Shown: positions 1 to 8,591 of the stretch, one piece after another
Layout: the number at the start of each line of letters is the position of its first letter
Numbering within the stretch: the first letter of the stretch is position 1
NCBI GenBank assembly: GCA_963674705.1
Contig: OY771506.1
Coordinates: 1,184,001-1,248,000 of the forward strand
DNA: 64,000 nucleotides
Reading direction: 5' to 3'
Origin: Phycisphaeraceae bacterium
Lineage (GTDB): Bacteria > Planctomycetota > Phycisphaerae > Phycisphaerales > Phycisphaeraceae
Translations under genes and position numbers: made by a program
The notes under the pieces: model-generated
Seen by the model: the letters and a program-made list of their open reading frames with translations, nothing else
What the model was told of the DNA's origin: nothing
Database searches by the model: none

Positions 1-26
1 CATAACCCCGAAACGGGAGGCTTGCG

Positions 27-605
27 ATGAAGATGACCGGCCTGCTTATGTCGGCGGTTGCTGTGGGGCTCGTGAGTAATGTTGCACTGGGCAGCATCAG
101 CATTAATCAGATTGACGATCCGAACGTGCCCGCCGGATATGTGGCCAACGAGATTGTCTGGAACGGTCCGGCCGACTGGACCAGTGCTAATCTCTGGATC
201 AACCTGCCGACGGGTACGGCTTATCAGGACGCCTTCGGTGGTGACGGCCCGTACACCCCCGCCCTGCTGGTTCCGTTTCCGAGTGTTGAGTTCGATACGT
301 ATGTCGGGATTGTTGGTGGTGAAGGCAACGGCATCCATGGGCCTTACACAGACGCTGGTGTAGTAAACGACTTAAGCATGAATGCTCCCCAGATCGGTGT
401 TTACTGGTACAACACCGGCACGCAGGACACCGGCCCGGTGCGTATCGGGATGATCACGCTCAGTGAAGATGCGACGGGCGACTGGAAGTTGTTATCCGCC
501 AACGTGCTCTACAGCGGAGATGTAGTAAACGGCGCGATGGTGCCGGAGCCGGCGTCGCTGGGGCTACTCTGTGTTGGTGGTTTGGCGCTACTGCGTCGGC
601 GTTGA
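27..605 (+). CDS. PEP-CTERM sorting domain protein
   Basis: Signal peptide; C-terminus VPEPASLGLLCVGGLALLRRR; GGAGG upstream. Confidence 0.9.
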   Translation: MKMTGLLMSAVAVGLVSNVALGSISINQIDDPNVPAGYVANEIVWNGPADWTSANLWINLPTGTAYQDAFGGDGPYTPALLVPFPSVEFDTYVGIVGGEGNGIHGPYTDAGVVNDLSMNAPQIGVYWYNTGTQDTGPVRIGMITLSEDATGDWKLLSANVLYSGDVVNGAMVPEPASLGLLCVGGLALLRRR

Positions 606-637
606 TGAATTAGAAACTTTCATGGGATAGATTGATT

Positions 638-672
638 GCGGCCGCTCGCTTTGTGTGGGCGGTCGTTTTTTA
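638..672 (+). terminator. Probable intrinsic terminator
   Basis: GC stem GCGGCCGCTC/GGGCGGTCGT followed by a T run after the PEP-CTERM gene. Confidence 0.6.
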
Positions 673-688
673 TTGGGCAGAAGTACGC

Positions 689-713
689 GGCGATCTGCGA
701 TCGCCCGCTAAAC
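689..713. repeat. REP-like palindrome GGCGATC-N3-GATCGYCCGCTAAAC, copy 1
   Basis: Matches 4266..4290 at 22 of 25 positions. Confidence 0.6.
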
Positions 714-835
714 GTTCAGGGGTGGATTGGGGGGCGAAGGTGTAATACATGGGGGTTGGTTACGTCTTTATGTATGTGTGGGTGTTTCTGTTAGACTGCT
801 GGTGAACACAACTCCTTTAGATACGGGGCACTACG

Positions 836-3049
836 ATGCAAAAACTGATATCGGCGATGCTGCTTGTTTTGTTGACGGTGACGACGGCGTGGGCCCAGCC
901 TTTGGTTGAGCGTGTGCCGGGGGATGCGGTGGTGTATGTGGGTTGGCGCGGGGCGGACGATCCGGATTTGGGGTATGCCGGGTCGAACCTGGAGGCGATC
1001 ACCGCGTCGACGGATTTGCCGGGGGCGCTGAATCGGACATTGATGGTCATCCAGCAGGCCAACCCGGGTAACCCGTGGGTCGGCCTGGTGACGGGGCTGG
1101 TCGATTCGATCAGCTCGGCAAGCTGGCATCATCCGACGGCGGCGTATGTGCAGGCGTCGGGAGAGCCGCAGATGCCGGTGCGGTTGACGGTGATGTGGGA
1201 GGTTGAAGGCGAAGCGGCGCAGAAGCTGTTGATGTCATTGGAAGACCTGGTGGCGCAGGTTCCACCTGATGCACCGCTGATGGTCGGGCAGGAAGACGGA
1301 CTGGTGTCGCTCACGATCGGCCCCGCCCCCGGAAGTAATACCGCCCCCGAGGGTGAAGCGGCCGAGATGGAGGCCGGGCTGCTTGGGCAAGCGGAAGGTT
1401 TCAAGCGTGCGATGAAGCAGGTTGATGCCGAGGGCTTGATGGTGGTTTACGTCGATGCGCAGGGGTTGCTTAATTTGATCGACGATTTTGCCGCGACCGA
1501 GTCGCCGCGTGAGCAGCAGCAGTGGATGACACTGCGTGCGGCGCTGGGGCTTGAAGGTTTGAACGGCCTGGCGGTGTCGGCGGGGTTTGATGGTAAGGAC
1601 TGGCGGTGCGATTCGTTCATCGATGCGCCCTCGCCGCGCACGGGTTTGCTGGCGCTGTTGGACGGCGAGCCGATCACGGATGCGGAGTTGAGGGTGGTGC
1701 CTGCCGAGGCGACGTGTGTCACGGTGTTCCGCCTTGATCTTGGCATGCTTCTGGATGAGGTGAGGCGCGTCGCCGGTGAGATCGATCCGGAGGCGCTGGA
1801 AGAACTCAACCAGGCGCTGATGCAGGCGGACGAGATGACGGGCGTGAACATCGAGGGCGACCTGATCCGCGCGTTGGGTTCTGGCTGGGTGTTGTACACC
1901 GATCCGGGCGCGACCGGCAGCGGGATCATGGGCCTGACGCTGGTGAATCAGTTGAAGGATGCGGATGCGGCGGAGCGTTCGCTGACTTCGCTTCAGGCGC
2001 TGGCTAACGCGATGATGGGCCAGGCGGGCGGCCGATCGGGGATACGTGTGCGGTTCCACACGGTGGAAGAGAACGGGATGACGATGTACACGTTGGGCAT
2101 CCCGTTTGTTGCGCCGACGTGGTCGGTGCATGACGGGAAGCTGTACGCGGGTTTGTATCAGCAGACGGTGAGTCAGGCCGGGACGCGTGCGACGGCCGGG
2201 GGCAAGAGCATTCTGGATAACAAGGGATTCAGGCGGGTGATGGATCGGCTGGATGCGGGGAGTCGGCCGAACAAGATTGTCTTCACCGATCTGCCGCGAA
2301 CGGCGGAGGATTCGTACGCCAACATGGTGATGATCACGCAGATGGGTACGGGCTTCCTGTCGATGTTCGGCGGGCAGCACGTGCCGCCGATGTTGCCGCC
2401 TTACGCTCAGATCGAGCCGGTGCTTTCGCCGTCGGGCGAGGTGGCGTGGGCGGATGCCGCGGGATATCACGGCCGAATGATCAGCCCCTTCCCGGGTTCG
2501 GCATTCCTCGGCCCGCAGGGGAGTATGAACTCGATGTCGACGGCGCCGGTACTGGTCGGGACGATGTTGCCGGCGCTGGGTGCGGCTCGGCGCTCTGCAC
2601 GGCAGATGAAGAGCACAACGCAGTGCCGGGGGATCGTGCAGACGCAGGTCATGTATGGTTCGTCTCACAAAGACGTGATGGCGAACGACATCGCGGAACT
2701 GGCTCAAGGCAATTACTTCTCGGTTGAGTATGTGATCTCACCCAGCGTGGGGATTTCTATTCCGTGGGACTACAAGCAATGGGATGAACAGAAGCAGAAC
2801 GAGTGGGTTCGGCAGAACGCTTCGTATGTGTTGATTCCCGATCTTAAGGTGGATATCGATCGTAATACGGTATGTGTATTTGAACGGCCGGATCATTCAG
2901 GCGGCGGCGGGATTGCCGTCGGTTTTAATGATGGCAGCGCGCAGTTCATGGACGAATGGGAAGCGCGTCAGATGATTGAAGCACAGACCGGCAAGACGTT
3001 GGAGGAATTGGTTCAGCGTCAGCAGAACTACAAGCCGGCGTCCGAGTAA
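836..3049 (+). CDS. Secreted DUF3352-like protein with C-terminal DUF1559/H-X9-DG pseudopilin-like module
   Basis: Signal peptide; internal LVGTMLPALGAARRSARQMKS; C-terminal HSGGGGIAVGFNDG. Confidence 0.7.
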   Translation: MQKLISAMLLVLLTVTTAWAQPLVERVPGDAVVYVGWRGADDPDLGYAGSNLEAITASTDLPGALNRTLMVIQQANPGNPWVGLVTGLVDSISSASWHHPTAAYVQASGEPQMPVRLTVMWEVEGEAAQKLLMSLEDLVAQVPPDAPLMVGQEDGLVSLTIGPAPGSNTAPEGEAAEMEAGLLGQAEGFKRAMKQVDAEGLMVVYVDAQGLLNLIDDFAATESPREQQQWMTLRAALGLEGLNGLAVSAGFDGKDWRCDSFIDAPSPRTGLLALLDGEPITDAELRVVPAEATCVTVFRLDLGMLLDEVRRVAGEIDPEALEELNQALMQADEMTGVNIEGDLIRALGSGWVLYTDPGATGSGIMGLTLVNQLKDADAAERSLTSLQALANAMMGQAGGRSGIRVRFHTVEENGMTMYTLGIPFVAPTWSVHDGKLYAGLYQQTVSQAGTRATAGGKSILDNKGFRRVMDRLDAGSRPNKIVFTDLPRTAEDSYANMVMITQMGTGFLSMFGGQHVPPMLPPYAQIEPVLSPSGEVAWADAAGYHGRMISPFPGSAFLGPQGSMNSMSTAPVLVGTMLPALGAARRSARQMKSTTQCRGIVQTQVMYGSSHKDVMANDIAELAQGNYFSVEYVISPSVGISIPWDYKQWDEQKQNEWVRQNASYVLIPDLKVDIDRNTVCVFERPDHSGGGGIAVGFNDGSAQFMDEWEARQMIEAQTGKTLEELVQRQQNYKPASE

Positions 3050-3073
3050 TTTTTAAAAAGTTATTGAGTCAAT

Positions 3074-3171
3074 AAAAAACAGCCCCCGGCGGTAACCGGG
3101 GGTTTTTGTTTGTTTTACAGTGAGCGTAAGGCTTATGTTTAAGAAAACCCCACCCTTCCGGGTGGGGCTAT
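3074..3171. terminator. Inverted pair of AGCCCC...GGGG hairpins between convergent genes (terminator/REP-like)
   Basis: AGCCCCCGGCGGTAACCGGGGGTTTTT (3081-3107) and AAAACCCCACCCTTCCGGGTGGGGCTAT (3144-3171). Confidence 0.65.
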
Positions 3172-3224
3172 TGTGTGTTTTTCTTGAAGTTGAGGCGTTC
3201 AAGAACGCTCAACCGATACTATCG

Positions 3225-3257
3225 CCCGAACCCCGAACCCCGAACCCCGAACCCCGA
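3225..3257 (-). repeat. Heptamer array (GTTCGGG)n immediately after epimerase stop
   Basis: Plus strand CCCGAAC x4 + CCCGA abutting CTA at 3258. Confidence 0.95.
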
Positions 3258-4214
3258 CTATAGGTATTGCTTCTGGTACCACGCCCAGAGTTTAGCCAGG
3301 CCATCGGCGACGGGGATTTTCGGCGCGTAGCCCAACAGATTGCGTGCCTTGTCGATGTTGGCGAAGGTGATCTTCGGTTCGCTCGCCGGGGCGGGCGGGG
3401 TTTCGAGGATTGCTTTTTTACCGATGAGGTCTTCGACGATGGTGACGAAGTCTTTCATGAGGACGGGTTCGCCTCGTCCGAGGTTGATGACCTCGTAGCC
3501 GAGCGGTTTATCCATCGCGGCGCTGACACCGGAGACGATGTCTTCGACAAAGGTCCAGTCGCGTTTCATGTCGCCGCCGTCGAAGAGGGTGATTGGTTCA
3601 GCCCGTACGATGCGGTCGGTGATCATGAAGGGCATCATGTCGGGCCTGGCGCGTGGGCCGTAGACGCTGAAGAATCGCAGGGCGGTGAAGTTCATGCCGT
3701 GCAGGTTGTGATAGGTGTAGCCCATCAGCTCGATGGCTTTTTTGCTTGCAGGGTAAGCGGAGAGCGGCAGGTTACAGGCGTCGGTCTCGATGAACGGCAG
3801 GTTCTGGGTTTTGCCGTAGATGCTGCTGGTGCTGGCGAAGGCGAAGACTTGCACATCGTTATGATGCGCCGCTTCGAGGAGGTTGACCGAGCCGGTGATG
3901 TTGACGTCCGTGTAAAGCGGGGCGCGTCCGATGGAGTAGCGGACGTTCGCCATCGCGGCGAGGTGCGCGACGGCGCGCGGCTTATGATCGGCGAAGATAG
4001 CTTTGACCGCTTCGTTATCGCGGATGTCCACTTCCCAGAGCGTGAAGTTTTTGTCGTCGATAAAGTTGGCGACGTTAGCGTGCTTCTGTTCGACGCTGTA
4101 GTAGTCGTTGAAGTTGTCGATGCCGATGACGTGACAGCCCTGCGCGAGTTTGACCTGGCAGAGGTGGGAGCCGATGAGGCCGGCTGCGCCGGTGATTAGT
4201 ACGGTGTTGGACAT
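3258..4214 (-). CDS. NAD-dependent epimerase/dehydratase (UDP-glucuronate 4-epimerase-like)
   Basis: GAAGLIG Rossmann motif, YPASK, RFFSVYGPRARPDM; start at MSNTVLITG. Confidence 0.9.
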   Translation of the reverse strand: MSNTVLITGAAGLIGSHLCQVKLAQGCHVIGIDNFNDYYSVEQKHANVANFIDDKNFTLWEVDIRDNEAVKAIFADHKPRAVAHLAAMANVRYSIGRAPLYTDVNITGSVNLLEAAHHNDVQVFAFASTSSIYGKTQNLPFIETDACNLPLSAYPASKKAIELMGYTYHNLHGMNFTALRFFSVYGPRARPDMMPFMITDRIVRAEPITLFDGGDMKRDWTFVEDIVSGVSAAMDKPLGYEVINLGRGEPVLMKDFVTIVEDLIGKKAILETPPAPASEPKITFANIDKARNLLGYAPKIPVADGLAKLWAWYQKQYL

Positions 4215-4246
4215 ATCGGGTTTCGGGTATCGGGTTTCGGGTATCG
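4215..4246 (-). repeat. Heptamer array (ACCCGAW)n immediately before epimerase ATG
   Basis: mRNA sense CGAT ACCCGAA ACCCGAT ACCCGAA ACCCGAT ATG. Confidence 0.95.
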
Positions 4247-4265
4247 TAAAAACATCTACAAGCAA

Positions 4266-4290
4266 GGCGATCCGAGATCGTCCGCTAAAC
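4266..4290. repeat. REP-like palindrome, copy 2 (see 689..713)
   Basis: GGCGATCCGAGATCGTCCGCTAAAC. Confidence 0.6.
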
Positions 4291-4323
4291 ATCGTAGCAG
4301 AAGACTATGGGCTAACAGGTTTC

Positions 4324-5169
4324 TCACCTCACCGGATTGGTAAAGCGGTTGTCTTTTCGCAGGCCTTCGCGGTATCGGCCGTGAGCGCCGTTGAGGGTGG
4401 ATTTACGGATGGCGTCGGTGAGTGCTTTGACCATCCAGTTGCCGTTGTATTGCGCATCCAATTCATCCAGCGCGGTAAAGCTGGCACCGCCGGTATCTTC
4501 GCTGGCGCGTTTGAACAGCACTTTCCACGCTTCTTTCAGACATTTTTCGTCATCGGGCGAGAAGCCGTGGCGTTTCAGGCCGATTGCATTGACGCCGCGG
4601 ATGCGCGAGGGGTTGCCCTCGGCGATCATGAAGGGCGGCACATCGTAGACGATGCGTGTCATCCCGCCGACGTAGGCGTACTGTCCGATGGTGACGAAGT
4701 GATGGCAGGCGGTAGCGCCGCCGACGGTGGCGTGGTCGTCGATATGGACGTGGCCGGCGAACTGGACGCCGTTGCAGATGACGGTGTGGTTCCCGACGAC
4801 GCAGTCGTGGCCGAGGTGGGCGTAGGCCATGATCAGGTTGTGGTCGCCGACGGTGGTGACGCTCTGGTCGTTATGCGTGCCTTTATGGATGGTGACGTTT
4901 TCGCGGATGTCGTTGTGGTCGCCGATGATCAGTTCGCTGTCTTCGCCCTTGAACTTCAGGTCCTGTGGATCGGCGCCGAGTGTTGTGAAGGGCCAGACCG
5001 TGTTGTCTGTTCCAAGCGTTGTGCGTCCGAGGACGCAGACGTGGCTGACCAGCCGTGTGCCGGGGCCAAGTGTTGTTTGAGGCCCGACCCGACAGAACGG
5101 CCCGATGACCACATCCTCAGCGAGTGTGGCGCCGTCTTCAACTACCGAACTGTCGTGGATGGTGGGCAT
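4324..5169 (-). CDS. lpxA: Acyl-ACP--UDP-N-acetylglucosamine O-acyltransferase
   Basis: Hexapeptide repeats, PQDLKF, IRENVTIHKGT, HLGHDC; lipid A operon context. Confidence 0.95.
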   Translation of the reverse strand: MPTIHDSSVVEDGATLAEDVVIGPFCRVGPQTTLGPGTRLVSHVCVLGRTTLGTDNTVWPFTTLGADPQDLKFKGEDSELIIGDHNDIRENVTIHKGTHNDQSVTTVGDHNLIMAYAHLGHDCVVGNHTVICNGVQFAGHVHIDDHATVGGATACHHFVTIGQYAYVGGMTRIVYDVPPFMIAEGNPSRIRGVNAIGLKRHGFSPDDEKCLKEAWKVLFKRASEDTGGASFTALDELDAQYNGNWMVKALTDAIRKSTLNGAHGRYREGLRKDNRFTNPVR

Positions 5170-5210
5170 GGGCAAAAGCAGGACAGCAGAAAATTAGGAA
5201 AGCAGGAAAT
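5170..5210 (-). repeat. Degenerate pyrimidine-rich ~9-mer array before lpxA ATG
   Basis: mRNA ATTTCCTGCTTTCCTAATTTTCTGCTGTCCTGCTTTTGCCC-ATG. Confidence 0.6.
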
Positions 5211-5238
5211 AAAGCCGGGGTTAAAGATCGTTTTCTTT

Positions 5239-5287
5239 CGATACCCGATACCCGATACCCGATACCCGATACCCGATACCCAGACCC
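5239..5287 (-). repeat. Heptamer array (GGTATCG)x6 immediately after lpxC-fabZ stop
   Basis: Plus strand CGATACC x6 + CAGACCC abutting CTA at 5288. Confidence 0.95.
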
Positions 5288-6604
5288 CTACTTTCCTTGA
5301 TCGTCATCGACCAGCATGAATTTGACCTCGGCTTCGGCGGCGAGGTCCTCCGCGACGTAAGCCCGGCATCGCATGTGGACGATCCGGCCGCGCATCTTGA
5401 CGCTGACGGCCTCCATCATGAGTTGGTCGCCCGGGGTTACGGGACGGCGCAGTTTCACGCGGTCCAGAGATAACAGGACGGCCAGCTTGCCGGTGTGTTC
5501 CAGTTTCTGTCCGATCAGGACGCCGGAAAGTTGCGCCATCGCTTCGACGACGAGCACGCCGGGCATGATCGGTGTCCCGGGGTAATGTCCCTGGAAGAAA
5601 GGTTCGTTGATCGACACATTCTTGATGCCAACCGCGCGGCGGTCGCCGTCGATTTCGACGACACGATCGACCAGCAGCATGGGGTAGCGGTGTGGCAGGA
5701 ACTTGTGGATCTTGCGGATGTCGAAGACGCTTTGGTGTGAGCCGATGTAGTTGCGGACGCTGGCTTCGTGCGTCTTGATCAGTTGCCGGACGAGTTGGTG
5801 ATTCATCGCGTGCCCGGATTTGTGTGCGATGATTCGGCCCTTGATCGGGCAGCCGAGCAGGTAGAGGTCGCCGATCAGGTCCAGCAGTTTGTGTCGGGCC
5901 GGCTCGTCCTCGAAGCGCATCTGGTTACTGCCCATCGGGCCGTTGTCGCCGATGACCAGCACGTCGTCTTCGGAGAGGTGTGAGCCTTGTCCGGTTTCAC
6001 GCAGTGCGCGGGCTTCGCGTTCGAGGATGTAGGTTCTTGCTGGGGCGATTTCGTGAGCGTAGTTGCCGTTCTGGAAGCTGAACTGATGGGTTTGTCGACC
6101 GAGCGGATTATTCGGGCCGTAGTCCAGCTCGTAGAGCAACTGGGTGTCGTCGGTTTCATTGCATGGCATGGCGGCGACCATGGCATCATCCTGCTGAACG
6201 ACGACGGGATACCGAACGACAAGGCAATGCTTGGGCTGGTCGCTGGATTCGGTGCCCGCCTCGGTCAGGGCGTCGAGGAACGGTTTTGCCGAGCCGTCCA
6301 TCGCGGGCAGTTCGGGGGCATCGATCTCGATCTGGAGGTTGTCGATGCCGAGGCCGGCGATGGCGGAGAGGCAGTGTTCGCAGGTTTCGATGATGGCGTC
6401 GCCGGAGCGTAGCGCGGTTCTGCGTGGCCGACGGACGACGTGGGAGACCAGAGCGGGGACTTCGATGCCGCCGAGGTCGGTACGGATAAAGCGCACGCCG
6501 TGATTGGGCTCGGCGGGCTTGAAAGTGACCTTCGCCGGCTGTCCGTGGAACAGCCCCGGGCCGGAGAGGGAAACGGGTTTGCAGATGGTCTGCTGGCCTG
6601 ACAT
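5288..6604 (-). CDS. lpxC-fabZ: Bifunctional LpxC deacetylase / FabZ dehydratase
   Basis: ETCEHCLSA and HKLLDLIGD (LpxC); LPHRYPMLLVD and FFQGHYPG (FabZ). Confidence 0.95.
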   Translation of the reverse strand: MSGQQTICKPVSLSGPGLFHGQPAKVTFKPAEPNHGVRFIRTDLGGIEVPALVSHVVRRPRRTALRSGDAIIETCEHCLSAIAGLGIDNLQIEIDAPELPAMDGSAKPFLDALTEAGTESSDQPKHCLVVRYPVVVQQDDAMVAAMPCNETDDTQLLYELDYGPNNPLGRQTHQFSFQNGNYAHEIAPARTYILEREARALRETGQGSHLSEDDVLVIGDNGPMGSNQMRFEDEPARHKLLDLIGDLYLLGCPIKGRIIAHKSGHAMNHQLVRQLIKTHEASVRNYIGSHQSVFDIRKIHKFLPHRYPMLLVDRVVEIDGDRRAVGIKNVSINEPFFQGHYPGTPIMPGVLVVEAMAQLSGVLIGQKLEHTGKLAVLLSLDRVKLRRPVTPGDQLMMEAVSVKMRGRIVHMRCRAYVAEDLAAEAEVKFMLVDDDQGK

Positions 6605-6697
6605 AACTCAATGATACCCGGGCACGGCCGTTGTCGGCCCGGCATACCGGCTACGCGCCGGGATCAGTAGAACATTTTGATTCCACCGGGGTCTATT

Positions 6698-7729
6698 CTA
6701 ACGGCGTCTGAGTTCTTTCAAAAGATCGGGCAGGCGTTTCAGGGCCTGAACCTCACGCATCGCCTCCCGGATGGGTCTGGCGGGCATGCCGCCGCAGATC
6801 GCCCCATCGGGGATCTCGGTGGCGACCATCGACCCGCCGGCAAGCTGTACGCCTTTGCCGATCACGACGTGGTCCGCGATGGCCCCGTGGCCGCCGATCA
6901 TGGTACCGTCGCCGATGACGGTGGAGCCGCCAATACCGGTGCAGCCGGAGACCACGACCAATCTGCCCAGTTGGCAGTTGTGGCCGATCTGGACGAGATT
7001 ATCAATCTTGCAGCCGTCGCCGATGACGGTGGCGTTGCACTTGGCGCGGTCGATGCAGGCGCCCGCTCCGACTTCCACGTCGTTGCCTATCTGGACGGTG
7101 CCGATCTGCGGGGTCTTGACGATGGTCGGGCCGTTTTCTGTCATTTCCGGGCGGTAGCCGAATCCATCAGCGCCGATGACGGCGTTGGGATGGAACGCAC
7201 AGCGGTCGCCGATGGTGCAGCGGTCTCGGATGACGACGCCGGGCCAGAAAATGCAGTCTTTGCCGACCGTGGTTTCGTCGAGGATGGTGACGTTGTTGTG
7301 CAGGACGCAGTTCTCACCGAGCGTGACGCCGGACCCGATCACGCAGAACGGGCCGATCTTCACGCTGTCGGGGACTCGTGCGGTTTCGCTGACGATAGCG
7401 GTTGGGTGGATGCCGGAGTTCGTATGAACGGGCGGTGGTGCGAATAGCGATAACGTCTTATTAAATGCGAGGTCGGCGTTGTCGACCCAGATAATGGTTT
7501 TGTTATCCGGGTTGGTGCATTTCAGGCCGCGTTTGATCAGCGCTGTTGTGGCGGGACAATCGACCCATCGATCGGCGTATCGCTGTGTGCCGATGAGCGT
7601 GAGATGGCCGGCCTCTGCTTGATCGAAGTCGCTGACGCCGCTGACCTGGATATCTTCGGCGCCTTGTAATTCACCACCGACAAGCTTGGCGATAGTGGCG
7701 GCGGTTTGTGAAGGCGTGTGGGGGCTCAA
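6698..7729 (-). CDS. lpxD: UDP-3-O-(3-hydroxyacyl)glucosamine N-acyltransferase
   Basis: IGADGFGY, KIDNLVQIGHN, hexapeptide repeats; start uncertain (TTG at 7729). Confidence 0.92.
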   Translation of the reverse strand: MSPHTPSQTAATIAKLVGGELQGAEDIQVSGVSDFDQAEAGHLTLIGTQRYADRWVDCPATTALIKRGLKCTNPDNKTIIWVDNADLAFNKTLSLFAPPPVHTNSGIHPTAIVSETARVPDSVKIGPFCVIGSGVTLGENCVLHNNVTILDETTVGKDCIFWPGVVIRDRCTIGDRCAFHPNAVIGADGFGYRPEMTENGPTIVKTPQIGTVQIGNDVEVGAGACIDRAKCNATVIGDGCKIDNLVQIGHNCQLGRLVVVSGCTGIGGSTVIGDGTMIGGHGAIADHVVIGKGVQLAGGSMVATEIPDGAICGGMPARPIREAMREVQALKRLPDLLKELRRR

Positions 7730-7755
7730 GGCTCGGCCTTTGGTTGGGTAATACG

Positions 7756-7783
7756 AAACCCCGGGCACGGAGCCCGGGGCTAT
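7756..7783. repeat. TAGCCCC...GGGG palindrome (REP-like)
   Basis: AAACCCCGGGCACGGAGCCCGGGGCTAT, same layout as 3144..3171. Confidence 0.55.
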
Positions 7784-7828
7784 GGGGGGTCATTACAGGG
7801 GGTCGCTCATCAGGACAGTAGAGTCTGA

Positions 7829-8443
7829 TCAGCGGCTGTTTTCAAACGCGTTGTTCATGTACTTGGCCACCGCGTCGGTGATGTCAACGCTGTCGCTAGA
7901 CCACGCCACGATGTTGATGTTCGCGGCCTGAACGCGGCCCTGCTGATTGGTGCCCAGACGGATCGTCTGCTGCTTGAACAGGACCATGTCGATGTTCTGG
8001 GCTTCGGCGACAGCCTGGATCGCTTCGCCGGCCTTATTGGTCAACGCTTCGATCTTGGCGCCGTTTTCACGGCCGACTTTGTTCTGTTCGTAAGCGGCCC
8101 AGAGCTGGTAATCGAGGGCGGCCTTTTCATACTTCTCTAAAGCCTCGGCGTAGGGCGGTGTGCCCGGGACCAGCATGTCCATGTCCTGCTGAAGTTGCGC
8201 GATTTCCTTTTGACGATCGTCGCGCTCGGCGGTCAGCTTGGTGCGGATGGTTTCCATATCCGCATCCATCTGCTGTTTCTCACGCAGGGCATCGTAAAGG
8301 GTGCGCAGGTCGACGACGGCGACGGAGGTGGGCTCACCGCTGAGCACGCCCTGGGCCTTGACGCCCACCAGCCCCACCGCCAGCACTACCAGGGCGGCCG
8401 AGGTGATCAGAATATTTCGTTTGATGTGCATGTGTCTCTCCAT
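7829..8443 (-). CDS. skp: OmpH/Skp periplasmic chaperone
   Basis: Signal peptide, VAVVD, coiled coil, C-terminal DITDAV; lies between bamA and lpxD. Confidence 0.85.
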   Translation of the reverse strand: MERHMHIKRNILITSAALVVLAVGLVGVKAQGVLSGEPTSVAVVDLRTLYDALREKQQMDADMETIRTKLTAERDDRQKEIAQLQQDMDMLVPGTPPYAEALEKYEKAALDYQLWAAYEQNKVGRENGAKIEALTNKAGEAIQAVAEAQNIDMVLFKQQTIRLGTNQQGRVQAANINIVAWSSDSVDITDAVAKYMNNAFENSR

Positions 8444-8591
8444 GGCTTGGCGGGCTTTCGGCCAACCGGCGTGCCGGCCCGCGGGTGTTCTAAACTCGAC
8501 AATTACAGGGATTATATCCGGATGTAACGCGTCGTATTGGTTAACTCATCATACGTCTGGTGATCATGTTGTGTTCGTGAATCCACTGGAC

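Noticed and set aside
1235..2707. Long antisense and alternate-frame ORFs (also 4150..5319, 6677..7447, 20005..20904, 52366..53541)
   Set aside because: They overlap well-supported genes, lack motifs and are expected shadows in GC-rich DNA.
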